From assembly GCA_000934665.2 (NCBI GenBank), contig JYFJ02001638.1, positions 1 through 64,000 of the forward strand: a DNA stretch of 64,000 bases, in the 5' to 3' direction. The DNA is from Catajapyx aquilonaris. Its lineage: Eukaryota. Below, piece after piece: positions 37,286 to 51,000 of the stretch. The translations under genes were made by a program, and so were the position numbers. Within the stretch, counting starts at the first letter, position 1. Every line of letters starts with the position of its first letter. A model generated the notes under the pieces. The model saw nothing but the letters and a program-made list of their open reading frames with translations. It searched no databases and was not told where the DNA came from.

Positions 37286-38046
37286 AGCGGAAAAGAGATG
37301 TTGAAGAGTAATTGCCACCAGTAATTTTGTACTGTTCTCAAGTTTCTGACTCACCTTTTGTATACGGATAATAAATTACCAAGAGGAAATGATAAACCAG
37401 AGTAGTTGATTGGCGTAAAAGAGCGATGAGGAACTTATTTTCTTGCAGGCTAACCCTGCGATGCTTGGTGGAGAGGCCAGCGAGAGATGTATTCAAGGGA
37501 GGAGGCTGTGCTGAGGAGGTCACCACAGGTAGGTCACCTGGAGGTCACCAGAAAAGAGGCTATACATGAGTAGTGTATGTTGACCTTCAAAATTCAAATC
37601 GCGCGCCTTGTAAGCAGTGGTGCCAACACCAGCTTCACTTGCATAAATTAATGGAAATAATTGTTTTAATAATCCAATAATTGAATGCGACGCCTTGTTA
37701 TCAATCAGGCAATTCTGCAGCACTGTCCACTAATTAGATGGGGGATGACGCAGCTGTTGAGTCTCGTGATGACCTTTTAAAGATGGCGGCCCCTTGTGAC
37801 GTTCTATTCCGTTGCAATAATTATTATTGAGCAATTTTTCCGCACAAATTTTGCACGTACTGTTCAAAGGTACTGTTTATTCGGCTGCCCGGAGCGTCGT
37901 TCCTGAAGGACTGACGCTGATCTACTGCAGGCCATACTGCAGCAGGTAAAGGTCGTGGACTGGTGGCTCAAACTCTGGTCATAATATTTCAATGGTTCTG
38001 TTTCAGTGAGTTTCAACCAAGTTTCAACCTTCAAGTTTCAACCCAA

Positions 38047-38875
38047 ATGGATCTGAAGAAGTGGCTGGTGGCAGACCATGACGTGAAGCCACAGGTCATG
38101 GTGGTGCAGGCCAGCGGGACAGACTGGTTCGGAGTGCCCCAAGATGCAGCGCGGCTTGTGGAGGCCACCTCCTCCGCATCCGTGGAGGGTCAGCCAGACT
38201 CCACCTTTGACCTGGCCCTCCTCTCCCTGGCTGACCCTGCCCCGACCGACCTGGAGGACCTCCTGGCCCAGCTGGCCCGCGTCCTCAAGCCAAACTGCCG
38301 CCTGGTGGTCCGCCAGCCTACCAGCTCCTCCCTGATGCAGTCTGCCCTCCGCCTGTCCGGATTCTCCCAGCCGACTGACCCGGAGGAGGCGGCTCCCGGT
38401 GTCGTACAGGTCACTTCACGCAAGCCAGACTTCGAAGTTGGGTCGTCCATCGTGCTCAAGTTACCTGCTCCGAAGCCAAAAGCGGTGTGGAAACTGGACG
38501 ACATGGAGGATGAGGATCTGGTGGATCCGGACAGCCTGCTGGACGCGGACGACCTGAAGCGTCCTGACCCAGCATCGCTACGTACGTGCGGAACGACTGG
38601 GAAGAGGAAGGCCTGCAAGGACTGCTCCTGCGGGCTGGCAGAGGAGCTTGCGGAGGAGAACGGAGTGAAGCAAGCAAACAACCTGCCCAAGTCGTCCTGT
38701 GGGAGCGTAAGTGCCTCCGGGTTGCCGTCCTTTTGCCCCATTTGACACATCTACCTTGCAGTGTTACCTGGGCGACGCCTTCCGATGCGCTGGATGCCCA
38801 TACGCCGGTATGCCTGCGTTCAAGCCAGGAGAGCGCATCGTACTGTCCGACCAACTTCTCAAGCCCGACCTGTAG
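38047..38875 (+). CDS. CIAPIN1: Anamorsin (Dre2) Fe-S assembly protein; 2 coding exons
   Basis: [15 protein letters not shown] and [30 protein letters not shown]. Confidence 0.96.
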
Positions 38876-38997
38876 ACCGCCGTTTAATTATTAAAATGTA
38901 TTGTCTAGTACTACTATTTCTACTCATTTGGAGCAAATGAACGACAGTTAAGAGTGTGTATGCAATTTAATGATTATCTACAAGGGATGGGGTGGTG

Positions 38998-39552
38998 TCA
39001 CGAGGTGTCGTTCTTGATGTACGAGGAATACCAGTCGTATCCAAGGCTTACGGCGTTGTCGTAGAAGACCCTGAACCTGGTGGGAAGGACGTAGAAGTTG
39101 ATTGCCTGTGCGGGGGGCCAGACGAGCCACTCTGCCAGGTAGAGCTTCCATCCCTTTGCGAGCGACTCCTCCACAATCCTCCTGGGCCCGGCTCTTTCCA
39201 GCGCGCCCAGGGTGGCGAAGAACACGAGGATGCAGACGGGGGAGAAGAGGATCTGGTCCACGGCCACCTTCCTGACCACGTCCACTGCCCTGCGTCCGGG
39301 CAGGCGGGCGTCCAGGAACAGGTACCAGTGGTGGCACAGCAGCCCCACCGTGGCCCCCGAGGTGGCCATGCGTGCGGTGCGGCCCCTGTCCCACCACCTC
39401 TGGTGGGGCTGGGCCCGGTGCTTGTGCCGCTGCTGCAGTGCGTCCCCCAGGCCGGACAGCGCGATGGAGATGCCCACGTTGGTCAGGAGCAGGTGGCGGT
39501 CGAACAGGCTCCTCAACAATCCTGCCGCTCGAGACACTCCCGCTGCTGCCAT
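38998..39552 (-). CDS. MPV17L2: Mpv17-like protein 2
   Basis: HLLLTNVGIS...GDALQQ, HHWYLFLD, KVAVDQILFSP, WPPAQAINFYVLP, YSSYIK. Confidence 0.9.
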   Translation of the reverse strand: MAAAGVSRAAGLLRSLFDRHLLLTNVGISIALSGLGDALQQRHKHRAQPHQRWWDRGRTARMATSGATVGLLCHHWYLFLDARLPGRRAVDVVRKVAVDQILFSPVCILVFFATLGALERAGPRRIVEESLAKGWKLYLAEWLVWPPAQAINFYVLPTRFRVFYDNAVSLGYDWYSSYIKNDTS

Positions 39553-40759
39553 TGCTCTGCACCGACCAATTACCACTTAATTAGCTGTGGTAATTAGCAA
39601 CCGGTTGAACTCTACCTCTGCAGAGGGTTGCAGGTCACGCCATCACATCACTGCAGGCACCTGTAGTGTACCAAGTGTTAAGTACAGCCTGGCATTGCGC
39701 TCGGTTCAGTAATTAACGTGCCTAATTAGCTAATTAGAATGGAAACACTTTTGAGAGCCCTTTTTACCTCGCGTGTTCTGAAGATGGCGGGCGGCGATCG
39801 TCGCTTGTTTGTTACGTCATCGGGTGGGCGAAAGGGCGGGAGGTTTCGAATTCGGTGGATCGTCAGGGAGGGGGTCAAAGGTCGTTGCATCAAGGTCGTG
39901 CTGCAGATAAGGTCATGACAGGTCACCTGTGCCGTAGCACTGCCTGCTACTCTAGGTACTCAAGTTGACCTGCACTGTTCATTTTATCCTGGTAATGACC
40001 ATAGAGGTGACATTCCACAAACAGTGCATTACAATGACATACGAGCTTAATGAGTGTACGAACCTGGGAAATCCCAGCCTGACGAGAGATTGCCCTGAGA
40101 GTAGTGCAGCAAGCAAGAGAGGTCAACAGCAGGAAATCCAAGAAGCGGCAAAAAAAACAACCGATTATAAAATACGGTGCGTAACACTGCTGGCAAGGTG
40201 TGTGCGCTGGCTAACAGCCAACAACATACGCTGCCAAGTGAACAGGAAGGAGATGATGCAATATTGCTTCTTCTCACCAGCTGCAGCACATGTGCATGCA
40301 ATGGGGTTCAATACTCCACTTCCATGGGCGCAATCGGTCGTGATAACACATCAATCACTTGCAGCAAGAGCCGCTTATTGGAGCACTCCATGACGAGAGT
40401 GGCACGTCACGTACATACCAACTGGCACTGCTAAGTTAGCAGCAACTTAGCAGTGGAATTCCCACAATGTAACAAGGGTTCGAGGAATACACGATTTGAA
40501 AATGCAATTATGTAGCTTGCCTCTCCTTCACAAATGTACAGGTTTGCAAACCGCTGTTTTAATCAGCTCATACATACTCTTTGGGTTCCAGCAACGAAAT
40601 ATCGCTGCCTTACATAATATTTTATGTACATAATAATTACAGTACAGCCTCGGCAGGCAGTTTGTTCGCACACAGAAGCACAACACGGGAGTTGGCAGCG
40701 CTATTAGTATAAAGTAGTATAAAGGCAAAGGGTACATCATGACACAAAGTTTGCACCAA

Positions 40760-43700
40760 CTAGAACATCCCGTCGTGCACTCCGATGGGCACCAACACAA
40801 GCAGGAACAGGAGGAGGTTCCTGAGCGCAAGTCTCCAGTCAAGAGGAACGGCGTAGGACACGAGGATTCCCGTTATCCGGTGCACCTCGTGGGCGATGCA
40901 CACAAACACAAAGGAGGTGACTATCACGTTGGCCACGGGGTACGAAGGGATCAGGACCAGAGCACCGTGAGTGTCCGCAGCCAGCCACACGTGGTACTGC
41001 CCTATGAACAACTCCAGGGAAATACGGCCAAACCAGGAGAAGAATGTGGAGTATCGGGTGCGGAGAGAGCCCGACACGTTCCTTAGGATCACGTAACTCA
41101 CTATCTGCAATGGACGGAATCAGCGTTATTCAAACTGGACTGCGCTTGAACCGTTACGAGGGACTTACAGGGAGGAAGGCAAGGTACGGATGAACCTCGT
41201 TACACTCTGGCTTGTTCCGGCACAGGAAGGAGAATGCGGTGTACAGCCCTATCCCAATGAGGGAGAGCAGGACCGCAGTTAGGGAGATCCCCGGAGAGAA
41301 GAGGTTCCCGTGGTTGTTGTCGTCCAACAGGCCGTACCTCTGCGCCAGAAGGTACAGCAGGGCAAAGGTCATCCCAAACAGAACCGAGTAGCGGTCCAGC
41401 TTCCACCTGAACCACCACTCGTGTATGTCGTCATCCGTGGTGACAAACAGGGCCTTCCAGGGCCGGGTGACAAACACCTTCTCGAAGAAGACCTCCGACA
41501 TGTAGAGGATGGTGACTATGCTGAAGAGGGCCACGAACTTGAGGACCAGGTACAGGTAGTGCAGGGAGTTTTGATCGGCTGTGGCGGAGGTCACCTGAGG
41601 CGGGGAGGCCAGGAGGAGGTAGACCATCAGCACCCAGAAGGAGACCAGGGGCACAAAATAGTAGAACTGGTACGGCCGGTTCATGCACAGGCACAGCATG
41701 ACCGCCATCAGGTTCATCCGGAACAGCACCTGCAACGACACCAGGGACACCAGGGTTAGAGAGAGCGGCCACTCAGCGGCTGGGCACGGGTGGGAATGAG
41801 AGGCATGGTGCGTACCTCACACAGCCTGCGCAGGCCACAATTTCCAGACTGCCAATAGGCTGCCCAAGAGCGCCCAACCCTCCTCTGCAAACAGTCAACA
41901 CAGTCAGTGGGTCAAGGGTCGGGTGCACAGTGTTTGGGTTTTCCGCACTCTCTCTCTCCGAGCCACAAACACACAAGAGGGCGGGGATCAACTGACCTGG
42001 AAGAACCTGACGAGACCCGCGTCTCCTCGCTGCCAGAAGTAGTAAAAGTGCCCGTAGCCAGTGAGGAACAAGTAGGCGGAGACCAGGACGCGCAGGTGCA
42101 TGTAGATGGGCAGGACGCTGCTGGCTCCCGTCATGTGGTACACCAGGATCACCATCTGCATCCAGCCTGGAGAAGGACCAAAGCAATGAACGCGACCTCC
42201 ATGGACGGCTGCACAAAGAGATGGTACCTTTCCACTCGTCAGTTTGGTCCCGATGCAGCACCTTGGTTAGCTTGCTGTCCTCGGTGAAGAACAGCCCAAG
42301 AGCGAACAGGTACGCGATGGGCAGCCAGAAGTTGAGCGCAGTGAAGTACTTGTTCTCCTTCATGAAGAAGTTGGTCCTGCAATACCGAACGCTGCAGATG
42401 CTTGCCGCGATTCATGCCAGGTGATTATTACCTGTCGCAGATGAAGAAGTAGGCCATGATCACAGCCAGCCTGGCCAGAGCAGACACCAGCACCTGGAAG
42501 TCGCTGGACTGACTAGAAGCAGGCTGGTCCTTCCTGCTGTCCCTTTGTCCGCTGCGGTTCCAGCGCCACCTGCGCCGCCTCATCCGCTGGGCCCACTGCC
42601 GCAACCAGCCTCCCACCGCCAGAACCAGGCTGAAACACAGCATGTCACAGCAAGTGGCGGCCGGCATTCACGGTTGCGCTTACCAGACACCGAGAGTGGA
42701 GAAGGTGACAATCTGCAGGGTGGTGACAGGTTCCGCACTGCTGCAGCACGTGCCGTCGTTGAAATTCATGTGGTCGTTACAGTACATGTTGAGCAGGATT
42801 TGAACATCGTGGCTCAGCGCTTGCGGGCCCATGTGCAGCCCGTCCGCGCTCTCCTTCAGGTTCCCCTGTGCCACCAAACGAGAGGAGGACCACACGTCCA
42901 CCTGCGTGGACTGCAGGACCTCCATGGCCGCCTTGTTGTACAGATCGATCTGGTCGTTGGTGATCATGGACTTGTTTGGATGAAGCTTCTCTGAATCGAC
43001 TGGCTCCTGCAGCATCCACACCACACGAGATTTGGATGACACAAGGCGGTCCAACACCTGAAATGGCGCGCCGGATGTAACCCCCTTTTCCGTGACAGGC
43101 ATTGGGCCAGTCGCCTTACTTTAACAATGCGAGTCAGATTAGCGGCGTACTGCTGAAGGGCGGCGGCTGAAGCGTTGAGCTCCTTGATGGCCCAGGTGGC
43201 TGCCCCCACGACGATGACCTTTGGGGTGGTCAACAGCGGCTGGGAGGGGACCAGCGTTGGAGGCTTGGTGAGCCACTGCTGGAATACGGCCAGCATGGAG
43301 TCGTTGACCATGGGCTGCCAGAGGTAGTCGACCGACAGGCGGAGCTGCGAGTTGTTGAAGGAGAGGTTGGAGTGGCGGGTGACCTGAGCCTGGGTGGGTC
43401 CGGCGGGGACTGACTCCGGATGCACCTGCCGCAGGAACTCGTGGTAGAGCTGCCGTATGCGCGAGTCCCCCACGAATGCAAAGTCGTTGCGGCTGCCCCA
43501 GTACCCAATGTACCGGAAGCATCGCTTCACGTCCCTGCAAGGGCGGAATTAAGAGCGTGACGTTGGTTGCAAGCAGGCGGTGGTGGGAGGCAACTCACAG
43601 CTCCGAGTAGCGGTGCATCATGCACCCGTACGGCTGCCAAATCTCGTATCCTTTGTACATCCCATCCGAGAGGAGCCAGGTGCAGGAGTCGATCCCTGTG

Positions 43701-44239
43701 GGCATATCAGTGGTGCGTAAGAAGGCCATAAGGAGTGAGGCAAGGCAAAGGCCACACTGACCGTATATGGAGTGCAGTATGCCGTGGTATGCGACGAACC
43801 CGATGACAATTGCGGTGGCGACAATCTTTGCGTTGGATGCGTTGATCTGCTGTATGACGTCCCCTGCGGCCCACTGGTGCGGGTGAGGGGTGGTTGGGAG
43901 CAGCCTGTGCTGCTGTGCCGTGGGTGGCTGATGTCCTCGGGAGTGGGGCGAGGAAGGAGGAGGAGGAGGCCAGTTGTGGTCCTGTGGTGCTGCTGAGGAG
44001 GATGCTTCCAGACCGCCTCTGCTGCTGGTGGTGGTAGGCATGGTGCAGCTGTGCTGCTGCCTGGTGTTGTTGTTGGCCTGGGGGGGCGGCGGCATCCCCT
44101 GCTGCTGCCCGTGGACAGACTGGTGCTGCCTCTGGGCCTGCCTCCTCCCTGCCCCGGGGAGTGCGGCGGCGGAGGTGTGCTGCGACGGGGACGGGGAAGA
44201 GGCGGAGGCATTGCTTCTGCTGGACCCGGTCGCCGCCAT
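40760..44239 (-). CDS. CASD1: CAS1 domain-containing O-acetyltransferase; multi-exon
   Basis: [69 protein letters not shown]. Confidence 0.95.
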
Positions 44240-46169
44240 CTTTGCCTCCTCCTCCCCCTCCTGCTGCAAGTGCCTGGCTCTCACACCAGCTGGCAGCACC
44301 TTCACGCTACCTATTCAATGGGGGCAGCCATCTTGAATCCAGGCAACTTGGCAACACTGCCCGGCCCGCACTCCCCATGCAGGGCTCGCGTCCTCCCTCT
44401 CTCTGCACAGTGCACACTGCTCAGGTGTTGAGGATGAGTCAATGTGTGTGTGGGGGGACAGAGTCACGCGCCTATAGCCAATTCTATGGATGCTATATAG
44501 TTACTGGCGGCAACACTGCCTGGCCCACCCACCCGCACTTGGACGTAATACGATATGCCACTGCTATACTTGGCGTGTAGCCTGTGCTAGCAACCTCTGC
44601 CGCCCCCAGGGGGGGAAGTGCAGCACTACATGCACGTTGGTGATGAGTCACCGCGCGTACAAAGCCCACCCTCGTCTGCTTTGAAGTGTGTCCCATTCTC
44701 TGTGACCGCTACGATACCGATAATGAACCTGCTGCTGTACTGTTAATGAAAGCAATGTATTCCATTCAAATTGAAAGTACGTCATCAATAACCCAACAGT
44801 TCCTTTCAAGTGAGAATGTCCGCAGCATCAACTTGCCGAGTTCATCAGCTTGGAATTGATCCAGTTCCGAATTGACCATCAAGCTGCAGCTGGTGTCTGA
44901 ATAATAAGCGACTTGAAGGGTCGGATGTGCCCGCAACGTGTACGCCGCCAGGCCCTACAAGAATGAGTGGAACCATGATTGAAATAAATGAAGAAATCAA
45001 ATAATAATACACAGTTATTGTCTCTTCTTTTGGTATATCCCGGGACTGCAACTCGGAAGGAAGGAATAAGGAAGGAATAAGGGAAGGAAGGAAGGGCAAT
45101 GAGGAGGAGAAGAGTGGTCATCAACAGTCTGGTGGGCAGTGTGTGTACACCGAAGTGTGAAGGGCAGCCCAGCCAAGCAGTGGTGGTGGTTGCGTCATCG
45201 ACCTTGATTCCCTTATTAGGCCTTCCTTCCTGGGGATGGATGCTGCCTGCTGGGTAGGTAGTAGGTAGGTAGGCAGAGGTGGAAGAGGATAAGGTGGGGA
45301 AGAAGAGAACGAGCCATCCACATCCAGCCAGCAGTGGTGGTGGTGGTGGCCGTTGGGTGAGGAATAAGGAGAGAGAGATGGACAAGAGCTGCACTGCTCG
45401 CAGTAGTAGATCAGGTGCTGATGCTGCGTGAGGCCCAACGGTTGCCAGGTAATAAGAGTAGTCCTTCACGCACCGTACGGTGGTCATGTCTAATTGCAGA
45501 TTATTCCTTTGCCCCACCCTTATTCATTCCGACAACAAACCCACCCACAGGTCGCACCCACCTCTCTCTCTCTCATCGCACTAGGAGCAATTAAAAAGCC
45601 AGCCGCAAGACAAAACTATTGTTAATTCTGTACAAGAAAAGGCAATTAGAGGAGCAAACTCCAGTAATGAGCTGCGGGTGGGAAATGTGGTAGATTGTTG
45701 CACAGATAACAATGTGAGTCAAGGAGTGGGCCTCATAACTTTCTCCCCGCTTGGTTGGTGCTCCCTTCCACCCACCCACTGACCTACCTACTTCACACAC
45801 ATTATAATATATTGTATGTGCATATCCCTCCGCAGAGCTCACTTTCACTTTATAATGGAGAAAAAAGGGGGTAGCACTTTCTTCCACTTTCCATTTCCCG
45901 AATGGCGGAGCTGCTGCTTGGCCACCGATCCGTCCCTTGGCCGGCAGTGGCTGCCATCAGTATCGGTGCGTAATGAGTCTTCTGAGTGTGGCGACCTTCC
46001 CTGTTCCGCCCTCCCTGTTTGTGGGAACCGCCCCCACCCGCCCACCCACCAGATAAGATCCCTTTCACACACTCGTGCACCCCCTCGCATTCCTCCTGGG
46101 GACAAAACCGTGGCTCAACCCAACGTACTCTAATGCTGCCATTTCCAGGCCAGTTGGTGAAGAGCGGTC

Positions 46170-47094
46170 ATGTCTTGGGCCAATAAGCCAGGAGGGGACC
46201 CAGAGGTGGGCCGGCAGAGGTCCACCTCGTACAACAACCATGCGTACGAAGGGAGGCGAGGCGGCAGGCATCGCAGGGAAGAGTACGACGAGGAGTACGA
46301 TGTGGATGAGGAGCGTGCACCGTCGGAGCGGACAGCTTCCGAATACATGGTGGTGGCCAACGAACGGATTGCGTCCCCAAATCATCAGTCGTCGGCTGTA
46401 CCCGAGATATTCGTCACAGACTATTCGTCGCCCTACACCAAGCGTCCGCCCTCGGAGTTCAGGTACGTTCCATAAGTCGCAGTGCTCGCCCTGCAAGTTA
46501 CCATGTTCCTCTCGCAGCCATTATTCGGGCCGGACGTACCGCAGCGGTGCTTCCACGTCCACTACAGCTCGCAAGCGGACGTCCAGGCAGGGTGGGGTGG
46601 TGGTTGAGACCATGTCTGCTCCCAACCCATTCTGCCCCAACACCCGCGGCGCCTGCTGCCTGATGCTGCTCCTCAACCTGGGGCTGATCCTCCTCACGTT
46701 GGGGTTCGTCATAGTGCTCCAGCTGTTCAAGCCGCCATTCGTGTGGTACCTGGGCATCGTCTTCCTGGTGGTGGGGTTTCTCACCCTGATGGGCAGCATC
46801 GTCTACTGGGTCCACCTGTGCCGTCAGCCTCCCCCGCCCCAGCCACCTCCCATCTACCCCTACCCGTACACCTACTACGACCCTGCCGCCCCCGCAGACG
46901 CAAACGGCCAGCAGCTGTACTGGACGCGCCACTGGCAGAAGAGGATCCAGCTGCCGGAGGTGCACCGCAACAGCAGCACCCAGATGGAGGGGGACAAGAT
47001 GTCCGACAGATACTCGGACCGAAGCGCCAAGTCCGCAGCATCCAACAAGTCTGACCGGAAGCAGCAGCACATCTCTGCCTACTCACACCACTAA
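46170..47094 (+). CDS. Uncharacterised two-pass membrane protein; coding exons 46170-46462 and 46518-47094
   Basis: Phase-2 GT-AG join; two hydrophobic segments (CCLMLLLNLGLILLTLGFVIVL; WYLGIVFLVVGFLTLMGSIVYW), then a Pro/Tyr-rich tail and YWTRHW motif. Confidence 0.75.
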
Positions 47095-47533
47095 CTCGCA
47101 GTGTGCCCGCCATTGCATTTACATAATGCTTCACGTATAAATCTCAAAAGCTAGTAATTGAAGTGTGTGTGTGTGTGTGTACCTACCAAACGTTGTACAT
47201 AGTTGTCTTCCCAGTTAACAAAAAGAGTTGTACAATTTTTAGCACAATTTAATACAAAACATCTTATTACAAATGCGAAAGTCTACTGGTCTGTCCCACC
47301 TTTATGGTCATTTTCCAGGCAGTCTGAATACGATTATGAGATTACGGTCTGTTAAAAAATCTAGCATCGCTTGTGGGTTAAGTGGATCGGCCACTCGCTC
47401 CTTAGACAAACTAACCAGGAGCCCACGCACATAAAAATGAGAACACACCATACCCATCCCATGGCCGCAGCCACTGGGAACTAAGACATCGAGCACTCAA
47501 AAATAATAATAAAAAAAATAAAAGGAAAAAAAA

Positions 47534-47605
47534 GAGAGGCAATACTGAAGAAAAATAAATGAACCAAGGCCTTGGTTAATTTATTTTTCTTCAGTATTGC
47601 CTCTC
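47534..47605. repeat. 72-bp loopless palindrome with one mismatch
   Basis: GAGAGGCAATACTGAAGAAAAATAAATgAACCAAGG|CCTTGGTTaATTTATTTTTCTTCAGTATTGCCTCTC. Confidence 0.95.
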
Positions 47606-48046
47606 ATTTTGCAAGGATGGAAAATTTCTTCCCTCCTTTCCTTTTTTTTTTTGTGTGTTTCGTTTTGCTTATGTACAGATCAGGCAGCTTTAGGGTTCTG
47701 GTCTCTTATTTTGGGTTTTAAATTTACACCTGTTTTTTAAAAACCGTCCTTCAAAAAACCTACTCTTAAACGCAACAGAATAAAACTCACAAAAACAATA
47801 GAAAGGGGTGGCATATAAAACGTATGACAAAAAGTCCTCCTACGACGAAAAAACCATTGGCGCCTCCCAATGCTTCTTCAGATTGTACGAACCCAACGGA
47901 ACAAAGCCTGTCTGGATTCCTCATTGCAAATAGGATATTGAATTCTCGTATAAATAACCAGGTGTGTGCTGACCTATTAAAAACAATAATAATAAAAAAA
48001 TAACGCAAGGTGGTGGCAGGAGGCTCCTCCTCCTCCTCACCCCTAC

Positions 48047-51000
48047 TTAAAAGTCCGAGTCGGAGCCTGACTCGTCGAAATTGTACTTGACTGGCTTCCT
48101 AGCCCTTCCGCCCCCTTCCCTCTCCCTGGCTGGGGACTCGAATCCTCCGGTACCAAACGCATCCTTCCGCAGGCTGTCCTCGTCACTGCTGCTGGAAGCC
48201 GCCTTCTTCTTCTTGCGCTGAACCTGCATAAACCAAGCCTATTTGTATGAAGCAATCCCCTTTCACTGCAAGGACTGGCTGCGTACCTTCTTCGCCTTGG
48301 GCGAGTCTGAATCGGAGGAATCACCAGCAGCCTTCTTCTTCGGGGCAGGCTTCTTGCGCTTAGGGGCCGCTGTAGTCTTAGGCTTTGGTCCACTAGGTGC
48401 TGCCTTCTTCTTCGGCTTGGGGGCGGCTGGAAAGAACATGTGCCGTCAGGATATGTCACCCATCAACAGCCATGGCGCAACTCACCCTTCTTCTCTGGCA
48501 TAAAGTCTGACCCCGAGTCGTCGTCATAAGCCATTGGGGCGGATGCGGCCTTGCTTGGCGCTGCAGCCGGCGAGGATGGCGGGGAAGAGTCTGAATCATC
48601 CAGCTTCCTGTTGTTTGCGGCGTTGGAGGCAGAGGACGATGCAGGTTGAGGTGCAAGTGCAGGGGGAGTGTCATTGTTGGAAGAGCTGCCTCCCATCAGC
48701 AGGGAGTCAAACAAAGCGTTGGAATCCTCTGAGGAAAGTGGCAAGAATTAAGTCCCAGTCGCATCAAGTCCAGTTTCAATCACTTACCCATTGGTTTTGC
48801 TGGCTGCTTCTTCTTCTTCTTAGGTCCGACATCGCTGTCGTCATCAGAGCTGCTTGCTTTCCTCCTGACAGGCGGGGCTGCTCGCTTAGTCGGAGCAGGG
48901 GTCTTCTTGGCCTCAAACTCGCTGTCGGTGTCACTTATGGCCACCACATCATGCCTGCAATAAACAAGCGTGTCAGACACCAGAGCCACCAACAAATTAG
49001 TCGCGCCAACTCACTCGTCAGAACTGCTGTTGTCCAGGTTGTAGTTGACGGCACCTGGAGGGACACGAGGATTGTAATGAGCACACTGTACGGCACAAGT
49101 CGGAGGGTTATATCTTGCCTGCTTTACCTGCGGCTTTCCTGGAGGTCTTCTCCCTTCTGACCACTGGTTGTTCGTTATCACTGGCAAACGGATCCTCCCC
49201 TTCGCTGTCACTCATGCCGCCCTTGGGCTTGAAGTTCAACTTCGTCTGCTTCATCCCATCTACCGTCACCAAAGTACATCATTAGCAACTTGAGGATGGC
49301 ACCAGGATATCCAGGTGACTCACCTGCCGCCTTCTTCCTGCCCCTGGCCTTCTTCTCAATCATCTCGGGGGAGTTTCCCAAACTTTCCCTCAAAGAACCC
49401 TTGGTGCCTTCCACCATCAGGTCAATCTCATCCTTCTCGTCCTCTGGCTCCTTCTTGCCCTGTTACGGAGAGTAGGAACAGTGACGTCCACCGTCCGTGC
49501 TACAAGTGAGCAATGACTTACCCTCTTCCCCTTGTTCTCCTTGGCGGCCGCAGCCTTCTCCACCTTCTTCTTGAGCTCAGGGTCGATCCTCGGCTCCACC
49601 CTCCTGGCCATTGGCGACGGCAGGGTCTCGTGGGCAGGCTTCTTCCCCCTGCCACCCAGCATGGCGCCCTTACCTTTCCCTTTGGGCTTAGGTATGTCCA
49701 TGTCATCTTCCAACTCCTTCTGCTCAACCACATCCAGCTGCAAAAGAGTGAACAGGTGAGAACAAGGTTACACTTAGGCGCCCCAGTCTCGCATGAATAT
49801 TCCCTAACCCACCTCCTTGATGAGGGCATCCAGATCGTCCTTCCAGAGCTGCGAAGGCGACTTTGCCTGAAGCTTCTTGAGCTCCTGCTGCTTCTCGTCC
49901 CTCTTTCGGAGCAGCTCGTCCTTCCTTTCCTTCGTGAGCGACCACATGGTCATCCCCAGGAGGTAGTCATAGTCCCGACCGCTGTCCAGGTCCTCCTCTT
50001 CCTCCTGAGAATCGGCGGCTGCGGCTGCGGCTGCATCCTCCTAACAAACCAAACACACAATCAGTCCCACCTTATACAGGCCCGAAAGGGCCATTCATTC
50101 ATCTCCCACCGTACCTGCCCATTCTCCTTTGCCAGAACAGACATACAAAGCGAGAGGAAAAAAGCCACTCGAAGCATCATTCTCACTCGCAAACACATTC
50201 CTGCCCAAAAGGCAACACTCACCATGACGGCGTCCCTATCCTGCTGGATCTTCCAGGCCTTGACCGGATCCGAGTCATACCCTTTCCGCACAAGCTCCTC
50301 TATCATGTCCTTCTTTTTCTTGTTCTCGATAGTCAGGATTCCATCGCACTTCTCTATGATGAACCTGGAATGACACATCCATTACAGAATGGGGACTAAT
50401 GCTACTCAATCCTGCAGCATACCTGGCCTGATTGGAGAGCTTCAGTGCTTCAGCCTTCAGCATCCCCTCCAGGTACGCCTTCCTCTTCACGTAGAAGCTG
50501 AGCCGCAGGTGGTAGAACTCCTTCAGGATGTCCTCGACCGTGTCAAAGCGCCTGAGACATCCGTTTGAGTCAAACAGGACCATGGAGGTTGTGCTGAAGG
50601 TGGTCTGCAGCTTGAACACCTTATGCAGGCCCTCATCTTCCGCCTTGATCATTTTGTCCTCTGGAAGGCTGACCACAAAGCGGACAGTCTTGTCTGTGTG
50701 GTACTCCTTGTAGTCGCTGATGACGGCCGCGGTTTTCTCCGTCCCATGCAGCATGGGCTCCAGGTGGTTCTCCTTGTAAACCTGTGTCCAAACGTGCACA
50801 GGCAGCTCCGTAATCTCGATCCGGTTGGCGGACAGGATCCCCACTTCCCCGTTCATTAACCACTTCTGGTGGCCCAGTGATTCAATCTCGCCTTTGAACC
50901 CTTTGTACCAAGGTTTCATTGGGCGCGGCTCTTCCCCATCAATCATCAGTCGGAGGTTCCGCACAATCTCCCGGGGACTGTGGTTGGGAATCTTGGTCAT

